A stretch of DNA of 63,693 nt, the filler included, from Octopus bimaculoides (taxonomy: Eukaryota), in NCBI RefSeq assembly GCF_001194135.2. It is 7 parts of 7 records of this genome, joined end to end, with 100 filler letters (N's around TTAATTAATTAA, not from the genome) between each part and the next. Parts side by side here need not be neighbours in the genome. Positions count along the whole stretch, not along the records: positions 25,711 to 40,514 come from NC_069009.1; positions 40,615 to 45,684 come from NC_068996.1; positions 45,785 to 56,314 come from NC_069000.1; 4 more parts are not named here. The stretch is one strand, 5' to 3'. A program made the translations under genes and the position numbers. Of the stretch, positions 38,196 through 51,580 are shown piece by piece. The notes beneath the pieces were generated by a model that worked only from the letters and a program-made list of their open reading frames with translations, was not told the DNA's origin and did not search any database. Each line of letters begins with the position of its first letter. Positions within the stretch are counted from its first letter, which is position 1.

Positions 38196-38510
38196 GTTAG
38201 ACAGATAAAAAGAGAGATAGAGAAAGACAGAGTTAGAGATAGTGAGAAACAAATAAGAGAGAGTTTGGGGGGAAAAGGGAGAAAGAAAGGGAGATTGATA
38301 TTGAGAAATAACCAGAGATAAATAGAAAAAGTAAGACAGGAGAAAGGCAGAATAAAAGATAGAGAGAGAGAGAGAGAGTGAGATAGACAAAAGAAAAGAG
38401 CAGGAGGGAGAAGGAGAGAGAGATAGAGAAAGAGAGAGAGAGATAGAGAAGGAGAGAGAGAGATAGAGGAGAGAGAGAGATAGAGAAGGAGAGAGAGAGA
38501 GTGTGTGAGA
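37860..38510. repeat. Compound (GA)n/(GATA)n/(GATT)n microsatellite filling much of the last renalase intron
   Basis: Direct reading. Confidence 0.95.
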
Positions 38511-38527
38511 CGGGGACATGAATTTAC

Positions 38528-38703
38528 CTGAGAGTATCTCCATTTGTGTCCTTTGACAAACTCTGGGTCTGGCAAATTAGGGAGCAGCCCTCGTACATAG
38601 TCTAACATGATGGGTTTTACATCGTCCTTGCTTTCTTCTACGTGTTCCACACCCCAGGGGACACTGCTGTGCACCACGACGGACTGTCCACTTTGCGGGT
38701 CAG
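38528..38703 (-). CDS. RNLS: Renalase penultimate exon (176 nt)
   Basis: [58 protein letters not shown]|GTAAAT; matches the renalase HT.VP.G...LP.P...KWR.SQ segment. Confidence 0.95.
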
Positions 38704-40129
38704 CTGAAATTGAAACACAGGGGAATATCAAAAATAGGGATCAGTTTTGTATATGTTTGTGTATGTGTTGTTTAGGTAATGGTAACGTTACCTTCTGGGG
38801 TCATGCAGACTCATAAGGTTTAGTAGAGGCATGTTGCTCAGTGGTTAGGGTGTTGGACTCACGATCGTAAGATTGTGGTTTCAATTCCTGGACCAGGCAC
38901 TGTGTTGTGTTCTTGAGCTAAACACTTCATTTCATGATGCTCTAGTCCATCCAGCTGGTAAAAAGGAGTAACCCTGCGATGGACCTGTGTCCCATCCAGG
39001 TGGGGTATNNNNNNNNNNNNNNNNNNNNNNNNNNNNNNNNNNNNNNNNNNNNNNNNNNNNNNNNNNNNNNNNNNNNNNNNNNNNNNNNNNNNNNNNNNNN
39101 NNNNNNNNNNNNNNNNNNNNNNNNNNNNNNNNNNNNNNNNNNNNNNNNNNNNNNNNNNNTATACACCATGAAACCAGCCCTTATGAGGTACGTTGTATAT
39201 ATGTATATATATCATCATCATCGTTTAATGTCCGCTTTCCCTGCTAGCATGGGTTGGATGATTTGACTGATGACTGGTGAAACCGGATGGCTGCACCAGG
39301 CTCCAATCTGTTCTGGCAGAGTTTCTACAGCTGGATGCCCTTCCTAACGCCAACCACTCCGAGAGTGTAGTGGGTGCTTTTTACGTACCACCAGCACGAG
39401 GGCCAGTCCAGCGGTACTGGCAATGGACTGGCTCTCGTGCCGGTGGCACGTAAAAGTGAAGGCACATGGCTCAGTGGTTAGAGCGTCGAGCTTATGACCG
39501 TGAGGTTGTGAATTCGAATCCTGGACCAGGCTGCGTGTTGTGTTCTTGAGCAAGACACTTTACTTAACGTTGCTCCAGTTCACTCAGCTGTAGAAACGAG
39601 TTGTTATGTCACAGGTGCCAAACTGTATCGGCCCCTTTGCCTTTCCATTGAATAACACTGGTGGCATGAAGAGGGTAGGCTGGTATGCATGGGCGACTGC
39701 TGGTCTTCCATAAACAACCTTGCCCAGACTTGTGCCTGGGAGGGTAACTTTCTAGGTACAATCCCATGGTCATTTGTGACCAAAGGGGTTCTCCACATAT
39801 ATATATAAATATATACATGCATACATACATACATATGTATATATATACACAGAAAGAAATTAAAATATTAAAATCATAATAGCAAAAGTACAATATTGTA
39901 CAAAATAAGATTTCTGAATTAAACACTTTGGTTGGGCCGAGGCTATAGTAGAAGACACTTGCGCAAGGTGGCGTGCGGTGGGACTGAGCCCGGTACCATG
40001 TGGTTGGGAAGCAAGCTTCTTACCACACAGCCATGCCCGGCCACAAATAAAAAATAAACAGAGATGGAAAACAAAGGGGTAAACAGTGAAATGATAAAAA
40101 TGAGGAAAAGGATAAAGTTATTTATTTAC

Positions 40130-40303
40130 TCGTACCCCGCTTCTGTGTATCCACACAGATATAGCGTAGACAGGGATGGCCATCGATATATTTGGCAGTC
40201 CATGGTAAATTCAGCGTGGTGCCTGGAGGGTAGTAAATACCAAGACAGAATCTGGATGAATAACTTACGCTTTCGAGCTGTTCTTTCAATGTCTTGTTTG
40301 AAT
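40130..40303 (-). CDS. RNLS: Renalase exon (174 nt; equivalent to vertebrate exon 5)
   Basis: SNKTLKEQLESVSYSSRFCLGIYYPPGTTLNLPWTAKYIDGHPCLRYICVDTQKRGT; tccgcAG acceptor, A|GTAAAT donor, phase 1-1. Confidence 0.95.
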
Positions 40304-40870
40304 CTGCGGACATAAAAGTTTGGATAGAGTTAATTAATGAGGGGGGGGGGGAACAGTCCTTGATTTTTGTATTGATACATTTTTTTTTAGCTAGTTTATT
40401 TCACCAGCACCAACACCACCACCAACACTACCACCACCTTCACCACTACCACGGGCACATAAACACACCAACACCAGTTGTCAAGCGGTGATTGGGGGGA
40501 CAAATACACACACANNNNNNNNNNNNNNNNNNNNNNNNNNNNNNNNNNNNNNNNNNNNTTAATTAATTAANNNNNNNNNNNNNNNNNNNNNNNNNNNNNN
40601 NNNNNNNNNNNNNNGGTCTCCCTGCCCGCCATCGCTTGACAACTGATGCTGGTGTGTTTATGTCCCCCGTAACTTAGTGGTTTGGCAAAAGAGACCGATA
40701 GAATAAGTACTAGGCTTACAAAGAAAAAGTCCTGGGATTGATTTCTTCAACTAACACCCTTTAAGGTCGTGCTCCAGCATGGCTGCAGTCAAATGACTGA
40801 AACAAGTAAAAGAGTAAAAGAACAAAAGAATATGATGATATCAGATGTAACAACTTTCTCTCTCTCTCTT

Positions 40871-40907
<37 letters not shown>

Positions 40908-40912
40908 CTCTT

Positions 40913-40949
<37 letters not shown>

Positions 40950-41086
40950 CTCTTTCTCTTTCTCTCTCTCTCTTCCATGGGTACCATTCACTTTGAGCTC
41001 TTGGCACTTACTTATGCAAGTGTATTATTATTGTAATAAATATATAAATTGTTTTTAAAAATGTGTATTTGTTTTTAGTTTAAATA

Positions 41087-41960
41087 ATGGAAACTAATGC
41101 AGACAGAGATGAATTTCAACCTCCAGTTGAGCATGAAGATAGAAAAACTTCAATGGAAAGGAATCCTTTGACCATCATGGATAAGAGACAAGAAAAAATT
41201 GATTCTCTTAAACAAATTAAGGTTACTCACCCCAGTAGAGACCTGCTAGATCATGGCAGGAGTAATTTAATGGAAGGTGCTCAGAGTATTAAACTTATTG
41301 GAAATCAACCAGATTTAGCTCAGACTATATCAAATGAGAATGTTGAAGTTGACAATAGGATTCCAAGCTGCCAATATATGCCAAATAGAAATGACAAAAA
41401 TCTCAGAGAACACAATCTGTCAGAAATATTAGAGCCACTGGAAAATCACTCACAATATACCAAAAATTTCAATAATTACAAAATATGTCGTTCCATAGCA
41501 CCTGGAGTGGAAGAATGCCTAATTCTTGAAACAGGAGAGCATGTTAAATGGGACAAAAATAAAAAATTATGTAAAGCAAGAAACAAAATTGATGAAGATT
41601 TACCAAAGAGCTATCACTTAAAAGATGACCAAAATAGAAATCCTGTTGAAGCAGCCCATTGTTCAGTTGACATCAAAATGAATGAAGACTCTTGTTCTTC
41701 TGTACCTTTGTGTTATGCACAAACATGTTTGAAAACAAATTCCCAAAGTGTTGAAATATCAGGAGATATTTCCTCATGTCAAAATAAAAGTGATATTCCT
41801 TCCAATGAATCAATTGGAATCAACCAACCAAAGAAAATTTTTAAAATTCTAAAACATTATACAGATAATTATGCAAAAGATTCTAGTCAGAAAGAATCTA
41901 AGAACTTCTATCATATTTTTGGAGAAAAACCACTTGGTGCTATACCAAAAGATGTTAAAG
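41087..41960 (+). CDS. Uncharacterised gene, first coding exon (291 aa, low-complexity/disordered)
   Basis: tttgtttttAG acceptor at 41078, in-frame TAA before the ATG, 874 nt open frame, AAAG|GTAAGC donor (phase 1). Confidence 0.75.
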
Positions 41961-42984
41961 GTAAGCAACAATGTGTATACTTCTTCTTTTCATTTTTTTA
42001 ATTATGGTCTACATTTCATGAAGGCACATGGACTGGTGGTTGTGAGTTCAATTACTGAGCCAGGTTGTTATGTTGTTTTATTGAGCAAGGCATATTTGAG
42101 CGTGATCGTTACCAGTGTCGCCTTACTGGCACTTGTGCCGGTGGTATGTGGAAAAACATTCGAGCGAGATCGTTGCCAGTGCTGCTGGACTGACTCCTGT
42201 GCAGGTGGCACGTAAAATACACCATTTCGAGCGTGGCTGTTGCCAGTACTGCCTGACTGGCCTTTGTACTGGTGGCACGTAAAAGCACCCACTACACTCT
42301 CTGAGTGGTTAGCGTTAGGAAAGGCATCCAGCTGTAGAAACTCTGCCAAATCAGATTGTGCGTGTGTGTGCATGTGTGTGCATGTGTGTGTGTGTGTGCA
42401 TGTGTGTGCATGTGTGTGTGTGTGGTGGNNNNNNNNNNGTGTGTGTGTGTGTGTGGTGGTGGGGGGGGGGGTGCCTGTACATTTATATACATATATATGT
42501 GTGTGTATATATATGTATGTATGCATATATATATATGTATAGATACACACACACACACACATATACATACACATGCATACACTCACACACACCGATGCAT
42601 ATTTGTAAATATAGATAGATGTATTATGTGTGGGTAAGAGAGAGAGAGAGAGAATGTGTGTGTGTGTGTGTGTGTTGTATATTTTATATATCATCATCAT
42701 CTTTTAATACCCAGCTTCCCTGCTGGCATGTGTCGGATAGTTTAACAGGTTTTGGCATGTCATAGGACTGTGTCATACTCCATTATCTGCTTTAGAATGG
42801 TTTCAAAGACTGGATGCTCTTCCAAACACTAAACACTTTACAGAGTGTACTGAATCCTTCTTTCATGGCACCAGTACATGTGAAGAGCACCATCATTATG
42901 AAACAACTTGCAATTCACCCCCACCCCCATACACACATACATACGCCCACACCTCTCCACAGTTCCCGCATTCCTACACCCTCT

Positions 42985-43085
42985 TGATAGAGCCTAGATA
43001 GACCACTTCCTACCCTAGATAGACCACCTCTTGATAGACCACCTCTTGATAGACCACCTCTTGATAGACCACCTCCTACCCTATC
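42985..43085. repeat. 15 bp minisatellite (gatagaccacctctt)n
   Basis: About 5-6 units read directly. Confidence 0.85.
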
Positions 43086-43194
43086 AGGAACTCTGGGCTT
43101 CATCAAATAATCTCTAAAAATTATGTCGACAGTAAATATGAATTTTTTTGATATTTCAAAGTGACAAATGTTTTTTAATCTTTCTCATTTTCAG

Positions 43195-43349
43195 GAATTG
43201 ATTCTGCAACGGCTGCATCTATTCCAACTAACACATCTCCCCCAGATACTATACCACCACCAAATTTTACATCCACCCCTTCTAGTACATCCACCACAAC
43301 TGGTGAATCTCCTCCAACAGAATCCAAATCTTCCAGCCATGAAACGGAT
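43195..43349 (+). CDS. Uncharacterised gene, exon 2 (Ser/Thr/Pro-rich)
   Basis: tttctcattttcAG acceptor, GAT|GTAAGT donor, phase 1-0; GIDSATAASIPTNTSPPDTIPPPNFTSTPSS...SSHETD. Confidence 0.75.
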
Positions 43350-43738
43350 GTAAGTAATCAACACTATTTTTCACATTATTCCAAATATGGACTTGTTGGT
43401 GTTATTCATGGGAATTCTCCTTGACTGAAAGGTCGAAAGAAAGAGTACTTGATGATGTCTCTGTTATTCTTTTATTCTTTTACTTGTTTCAGTCAATTGA
43501 CTGCGGCCATGCTGGAGCACCACCTTTAGTCGAGCAAATCGACCCCAGGACTTATTCTTTGTAAGCCTAGTACTTATTCTATCGGTCTCTTTTTACCAAA
43601 CCGCTAAGTTACGGGGACATAAACACACCAGCATCGGTTGTCAAGCGATGTTGGGGGGACAAACACAGACACACAAACATATACACACACATACATANNN
43701 NNNNNNNNNNNNNNNNNNNNNNNNNNNNNNNNNNNNNN

Positions 43739-43783
<45 letters not shown>

Positions 43784-44987
43784 TACGACAGGCTTCTTTC
43801 AGTTTCCGTCTACCAAATCCACTCACAAGGCTTTGGGCGGCCCAAGGCTATAGTAGAAGACACTTGCCCAAGGTGTCACGCAGTGGGAATGAACCCGGAA
43901 CCATGTGGTTGGTAAGCAAGCTACTTACCACAGAACTCAAAGCAGATAAAATTATAAATAGCAGCGAGTAAATATTGGTTTTAAAAGCCCCTTGGATAGA
44001 AAAGTGAAAGACCTCTTGTGGGATACAAACCTGCATTTCCTGATAGGTGTTCTACTGTTGTACCAAAGCAATCCTTTCAATTTCTCCATCCATTTTAGAA
44101 ACTTTATTCTAGGTAAAGACCCCTTTCAGTCATGAATGACCATGGGAATGCACCTAGAAAGTTCCCCTCCATGGCACAAATCCGGACAAGGTTGTTTATG
44201 GAAGACCAGCATTTGTCCATACATACCAGCCTCCCCTCTCCACATCACCAATATTGTCCAAGGGAAAACAAAGGCTGGTACAGCTTGGCACCAGTGACAC
44301 TACAAATCATTTCTACAGCTGAGTAAACTGGAGCAACATGAAATAAAGTGCCTTGCTCAAGAACACAATACACAGCCTGGCCTAGGAATCGGACTGACTT
44401 CCTCATAATTGTGAGCCCGATAATCTAACAAATGAGCCACAAATAAACTTTATCCTAACCAGTGAAAATTGTATGTCGTTATGTTATTTGAATTTATATA
44501 CTTCCAAAGATATGAAATAAGTCATGTCTAACAGAAGAACTTGACTAGATAAAGCTATAAAATTTGAAGCCTTTGGTTTTTTCAGTTCAAGGGGTTTTTT
44601 TAACCCAATATTTACACACTACTAAGACTGCGAGCTGGTAGAATCATTAGCATGCCAAGCAAAATGCTTAGCACCATCTCATCCATCTTTGCATTCTAAA
44701 TTCAAATTCCTCTGAGATTGACTTAGCTTTTCATCCTATTGGGGGTCAATAAAATAAGTACCAGTTGAACATTGGGGTTGATGTAATCAACTTACCCACT
44801 CTCCCAAAATTGCTGACCTTGTGCCAAAATTTGAAATCAATGTTTACTTACTATTCTTTATAGCTTTATCTGCTTTGAGTTCAACTGGTAAAAATGAATT
44901 ATTTTATATTACTTGACATTTCTAAATTTTTATGAATATAAAACATTCGATTTATCTATATCATAAACTTTTCTCTTTGTTTTTCAG

Positions 44988-45440
44988 GATAACTTCATTT
45001 ATGGCATATATATATTAGAAGAATATTTGAAAGATATGCAGTCGCTTTGCAAAAAAAATTGGCAAATCATCCAAAGAGCCAAAGATGTATTTTATAACCA
45101 ATTATTGCCATCCGGAATAGTGTCACACAAAGATGACTTTCTGATGCAAAGAAGTCTCAACGATGATTGCCCGGAGCTGAATAAGTCAACTTATTTCATT
45201 CCCAAGACTTTTCTTAGACTTGGATTCCAACAGTCTTTACAGAGTAATATTTCAATGGGAAACCTACAACCCTTAGGGAATCAACCTGACGTAGTAAAGA
45301 AAGATGTTACTTCTCCACAAGGATCATCTTCTATGGCAAGTTCTGAAAACACTTGTAAATCCCAGCAAGAAAATTCATGCCAAAACGCAAACAATGCAAA
45401 TATTTTCCAGATTGCTTTCCAAAATAGTCAAAAGTTCAAG
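44988..45440 (+). CDS. Uncharacterised gene, exon 3 (151 aa)
   Basis: ttctctttgtttttcAG acceptor, AAG|GTAATT donor, phase 0-0; DNFIYGIYILEEYLKDMQSLCKKNWQIIQRAKDVFYNQLLPSG...SQKFK. Confidence 0.75.
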
Positions 45441-45541
45441 GTAATTAAACAAGTCTCCCTTTCTCCCTCCCTGTCTCACTTCTCTTTGAATATATATGTA
45501 TATATGTAAGTGTGTGCATGTATGTATGTATGTATGTATGT

Positions 45542-45598
<57 letters not shown>

Positions 45599-45784
45599 CG
45601 GATAGATAGATAGATACATTTCTTTTATTAGCCACACAGGGCTTAACGAAGATGGGACAAATACAATGTAGAGCTTTTCTTTTTNNNNNNNNNNNNNNNN
45701 NNNNNNNNNNNNNNNNNNNNNNNNNNNNTTAATTAATTAANNNNNNNNNNNNNNNNNNNNNNNNNNNNNNNNNNNNNNNNNNNN

Positions 45785-45857
<73 letters not shown>

Positions 45858-46182
45858 GTATGCATGTATATATGTATGTATACATATATATATTATATGT
45901 ATACACATAATATATATATGTATATATATAATATATATATATATACACACACATATATATACATACATACATACATGCATATACACATGTACATCTACAT
46001 GCATATATGTGTATCTATATTTATGCGCACGGCACACGTATGAAGACGAATATAAATATGCATACACATTCATACATAGATATATATACACATAAGTACA
46101 CACATATACACACGCATACACACACATGCACGCACACACGTTGATATATATAAATGTATATATTTATATATGTATGTATGTA

Positions 46183-46222
<40 letters not shown>

Positions 46223-47175
46223 NNNNNNNNNNNNNNNNNNNNNNNNNNNNNNNNNNNNNNNNNNNNNNNNNNNNNNNNNNNNNNNNNNNNNNNNNNNNNN
46301 NNNNNNNNNNNNNNNNNNNNNNNNNNNNNNNNNNNNNNNNNNNNNNNNNNNNNNNNNNNNNNNNNNNNNNNNNNNNNNNNNNNNNNNNNNNNNNNNNNNN
46401 NNNNNNNNNNNNNNNNNNNNNNNNNNNNNNNNNNNNNNNNNNNNNNNNNNNNNNNNNNNNNNNNNNNNNNNNNNNNNNNNNNNNNNNNNNNNNNNNNNAT
46501 ATATTCACACACACACACACACACACACACGCACATCGGTCGTTCCCATACATAAATACATCCATTCACACAGTTGAGTGTTGTATAAATGTCTGTAAGA
46601 AATGCAGGTGGTCCTGGCTAGGAGCTGGCTATCATTTAAAGCCATTTTATTCCAGTATTGTAAACGACAATCGTCCTACGTGGTAGCCATCTGCTAGTAA
46701 TCTGCTCGCCTATGAAATGGCTCTTCACAGACCACTTATGGTGAGAAGAGGCGAAAACACAACACAGCAATTATGGAAGATCATTGTGAACGTAACGTAA
46801 CCTGCTGTCTGTGGCTATGGTGTTGCACTGGGAACATAATCACTGTATATTGTATTGTTTCAGTCCTTGGACTGCGGCCATGCTGGGGCACCGCCTTGAA
46901 GGATTTTCTTCGAATAAATGGACACCAGAGTTTATCTTATTAAGGCAGTTGCTTATTTTATCGGTCTATTTTATAGAACTGCTAAGTTATGGGAACTTAA
47001 ACAAACCAACACCGGTTTTCAAGCGGTGGCGACACAGTCTCACACACACACAAACACACACACTCGACCTCGGCGGAATTTGAACTCAGAACGTAAAGAC
47101 GTAAATGCTAAGCGGCGTTTCGTCCAGTGCGCTAACGATACTGCCGCCGCCCCAAACACAGGTTTAATTATACTA

Positions 47176-47226
<51 letters not shown>

Positions 47227-47229
47227 TGT

Positions 47230-47830
47230 ACATCAATCAAACCGGATCAAACCCAATCATGGAAAAAAGTAATGTTTCAAATCTGTCCAAAGATGTTTCT
47301 ACGCTCGTTTGTTTTGGCGATGATGAAGAATTTCAAGAGTGTTTGCAACCAACCCCAGCCTTACAAAAATGTTTAGGGCGTGGGATCGCAGCCCTTGAAG
47401 TCCCTATTCCCGAGCCTAAATACAAATACAGCTATGGCAAGATTTCAACTGGAAACATGAAAGGCAGTGACTATCTATAGCAAAATCCATTTATTATTGC
47501 GTACACATGAAAGAATTTCGCCATGGATTTCATTCCAAGGAACTCTGAAGATACTGTGGCCGAAGATGATCATGGCATAGCCTTTCGTGGAATCGGTCTT
47601 CGTAGTATGATGGTCCTTCTGACCACTGGTACCCAAGCATACGAACTGGAACTGCAGTTTCTCTAATTTACCCAATCATGTCATAGGAGACAGACATGAC
47701 TCTCACGTGGTGCCTGTTCCCTATTTGACGTTGATGTACGTGTTGGCCATCTCGGCTCGTTCTAGAAATAATAAACCTTTTTTCTACAGGGGCCAGCAGG
47801 GGTTCTTTTCGGCTCTTAGTAAACTTTGAA
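47230..47830 (-). mobile_element. Highly decayed RTE-like LINE 3' end with (AAT)n tail
   Basis: Fragments KLEKL / RMLGYQWSE / FGHSIFRVP...IHGEILSCVRN resemble RTE LE.F / LGI.WSD / GHV.RM...LYGEL...R; ends in (AAT)n on the - strand. Confidence 0.4.
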
Positions 47831-48189
47831 AATATATAACTGTGGAAACACTCGTACACACACGTGACAAACAGTGACGCATACGTAGATACACGCACAC
47901 ACATACGCGTGCACACACACGCACACACTTACGCGTGCACACACACACACACACACGCTAGCGCACGCATATAGAGACATGTGCCCTATGATACAGACAC
48001 CATGATAGCACTCCCACACTCACTCGGATACATTCACACTCGCACATACACGCACAAATACACAAAGACACACATACAGGCGACCACTCGCGCGCGCACA
48101 CCCACCCACACACACACATTTCAGTGGGGATTGTCTTGTTATATTTTGTATTTACAGACGAAGATTTTGGTTGCTATTTCTAGCAGGTT

Positions 48190-48214
48190 GACGCGGTACT
48201 GATGATCTGATGAC

Positions 48215-48248
<34 letters not shown>

Positions 48249-48830
48249 CCGTTGCTGCTATTGCTTTCGATGTCGCTGCAACAGTTGCTAACCTTGCCAA
48301 GTTGCTGCTAACGTTGCTAATGCTTCCGTTGCTGCCATTGTTGTTGTTAATATTACAAACGATACCGTTGCCTCCAGCGGCCATAGGGCTTTACTGCTGC
48401 TATTGTTGTTGTTGTTGCTAATGTTATTTTCGTTGCTATTACAGATAATGTTGCTGCTAACGTTGTTTCTATGCTATTGCTGCAACAAGTAATGATATTC
48501 CAGTTGTTGTAGCTTATTGCTCGTGATTATATTGTTGTTGCTATTCTAGTCTTTTTGCTATCGTTGTTGCTATCGAACTTGTTGAAGCTACAATCGTTGT
48601 TAATGTCATTGTTGCTGTCGTAGTTGTTGTAATGAAGTAGTAGTCGCTATTGTTGTTGTTGTTGTTGTTGCTGTTGCCGTACATGTTGAAGTCCTTCATG
48701 CCATTGATGTGGTGTAGTAGGGGTTGTAGTTATTGCTGTTGTTGGTTTAGCAGCAGACACCAGCACCACCACCACCACCACTGCCGCCGCCGCCGCCGCC
48801 GAAACCCCCATAACCCCTCCCACACCCGTC
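48190..48830. repeat. Cryptic (GTT/GCT/GAT)n trinucleotide low-complexity tract
   Basis: Direct reading. Confidence 0.85.
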
Positions 48831-49021
48831 ATCTCAGCTGATTTGGTTTCCACGATTCTTCGCTCTGGAACTCACGGACTTTGAACCTTTCACATAGTAT
48901 TACTTGTCTCAGTCTATCTTTCCATGTTGTTTTGTGACGTGTGCGTGCGGGAGGGGGGGGGCACAAAACAAACACAAATGTTTCTGCATGCCTATACACA
49001 CATTATGTGTATGTGTGTTCG

Positions 49022-49053
<32 letters not shown>

Positions 49054-49328
49054 AAGAAAGACTGATAGATAGATCTATACAGGTGTGGCTATGTGGTAAG
49101 AAGACAGCAGGGATTCGTATCTATCGCTGTGTAGTAGTGCAGATGCGGCTATTCGTCGTTGTAGTAGTAGTAGTAGTGGTGGTGGTGGTGGTGGTGGTGG
49201 TGGTGGCGGCGGCGGCGGTAAGTCATGTCGGTCTATTCACCATTTGTTGACCTTTCCACATGCAGATATAACTAAGTCTTCGGACTTTGACCTCATCAGA
49301 CAATTGTTACTGAACTGGGAACAACAAT

Positions 49329-49376
<48 letters not shown>

Positions 49377-50954
49377 AAAACAGCAATAACAAGAACAACA
49401 ACAACAACCAGAATCACCAAATTGATGAGAGGGGATTGATTTACCTGATTTATCGATTTCTTATTTTGGGATGAATCAGAAATATGATGCTGTGGCGTTC
49501 ATCATTTACCCAAAGGCATAGACGACGCATGACAAAAAAACAAATTACCTTCAAGCGAGAATCGAAACTAGACTTTATTTATAACCTTCTATCACCAAGT
49601 TCGCCTTAATCCAACACCCCTATGATCAAAGATGCTCCGTCCGTGACCATTCCGTCTTTCAATCGGACCTAGTTTTTTTGGTCTACATTATTTTTTTTGG
49701 TCTACATTATGCTTCGTTGTCGTTTAAACATGCATAATATATATATGAAGATGAATGTTCAATTTAGAAGCAAAGATCCCGAAAGAACAGCTACACGGTC
49801 ACCAAAGAACAGTTTCACGTAAGCGCCCAAGGAATTAGTAATCACGCTTGCGTGGGAGTTAATTCCGAGAAGTGAGATACGTTTTGGAGAACATTAGAAT
49901 AATGGAAAATGGAAACAAACGCTTAAGGTGTTATTTCTTGAGCGTGTTATTTCTTTATACACACACATTTTTATATCTACATGTGAGTATGTATATGAGT
50001 GTGTGTATACATCTATATATTGATGAACTCCTAACTCCTAACAAATACATTTTATTTGTTCCTCCCAAGCCTCACTATATTACTGTTACTTAGCATAATG
50101 GTTAGGAAACTGGGCTATCGATCAGAAGGTCATGGTTTCGATTCCTGATCTGAGAGATATATTATTTCCTTAGGTAAGGGACATTTCCTCGCGTTGCTCC
50201 TGTCTTCCGCCAGTAAAAATGGATAAAAAAGACTTGACACAGTGTCCGCTCTTCGCCCCCATTAGCGTGGCAGCATGAACGAAGCAGTTTCTTCAGACAC
50301 GAGGAAAGAAATGCCCAACACTGGGCAGCGATAGCCTCTCTTTACTCGTTTATCACCGTTACATGTCTCTCCAATTATCTTTAATTTTATATCAACCTTC
50401 GACCTAATCCTGATTATTTTCACCGGAAATAACAACTGTGACTTGTTAAATGGAGAAGGAATAAAAATCCCTTTGTCCATTTATGTGTCAAAAGTGTGTC
50501 TAACAGGTGGACAGTGGTCAGTTATTCTGTCTAGACAGGTCACTCTAACATTAAGCTATTGTCCAGCCTTTATTTCCGGTGTTTTGTGTTTAGCTGGACT
50601 TTGTTGTTGCTTGGTTTGTTGTTCATCCATGACCGTCAATTTTATAACCTCTGTACTCCGGTCCCAAACTTGGTCATTGTAATTTTAAAGAGAGTTGGCC
50701 CTTTGGCAAAGTCGTAAGAATAAGGGAGAGCTTGTTTCGTGGGGATTTTCGTTCTGGCTTTCAGCGCAACTTGCGAAGTCATTGCTAACACTGCCTGATG
50801 AAGGTCACTGACAGCTCTTACTGCGCACGCAACCGTGTGCTGTCATCTGTTGGCGCGCTAGAGAAAGAAGCAGGGAACATTTTGATACCACCTCGTACGT
50901 GTAGACGAACTTAAGTACATGTCTCTGCATTGGTGAGAAATTGGAAAAATAGGT

Positions 50955-50995
<41 letters not shown>

Positions 50996-51537
50996 TGAGT
51001 GTGTGCGTCCGCGGTGAAAAGAGAAAAGATAGATAGATAGATAGACATATATATATGTAAATACATACATTCGTACATACATACATTCGTACATACATAT
51101 ATACATATATGTAAATACATACATACATACATACATACATACATACACACATACATACCCACCCAGCCATCCAATTTGACAATTTCCAAAGCCGTCTCCA
51201 TGAAAATATATCAATGAGTGTCAGAAGAGCAAATTGGCTAAATTTACTGCGGTAAATCTCCAAGTGTCTGTGATTTCTTCTAAGAATTGTGATGTTGGAA
51301 TGGTACAGACCACAAAACGAGTGTGTGATTTATCACTTCACAGTCCTGGACCTGTCAACAAGTGAACACATTTCAAATGGCCCCTCCTGTTGTCCACTAC
51401 GACTGTGGTCCCTCCACGGAAACGTCGACTTTTGTTTAAGCGAACAACTGCCAGAGGTCAATGATATGTCTATCGTGTTGTTTGAGTGGTAACATGTACA
51501 CTTGCTCTGTGTGTGTTTGGTAGGTAGGGGGTGGGGG

Positions 51538-51580
<43 letters not shown>

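Noticed and set aside
42915-43106. ORF with GGLSR repeats
   Set aside because: Translation of a 15 bp intronic minisatellite; no splice context.
47226-47480. Protein-like + strand ORF (MEKSNVS...KGSDYL) as terminal exon of the nested gene
   Set aside because: No AG acceptor after the (ATT)n tract; the opposite strand reads as a decayed RTE-like LINE with its tail here, so the ORF is probably antisense chance.
48139-48384. - strand ORF MAAGGNGIVC...SSSS
   Set aside because: Built from trinucleotide low-complexity sequence; no splice or homology support.
50796-50815. CTGATGA hammerhead-like cores near 50796 and 62598
   Set aside because: At 50796 no GAAA follows; at 62598 stems I and II do not pair convincingly.
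51250-51330. - strand peptide RFVVCTIPTSQFLE as the missing renalase exon
   Set aside because: In-frame stop just upstream, wrong phase and length, weak acceptor.
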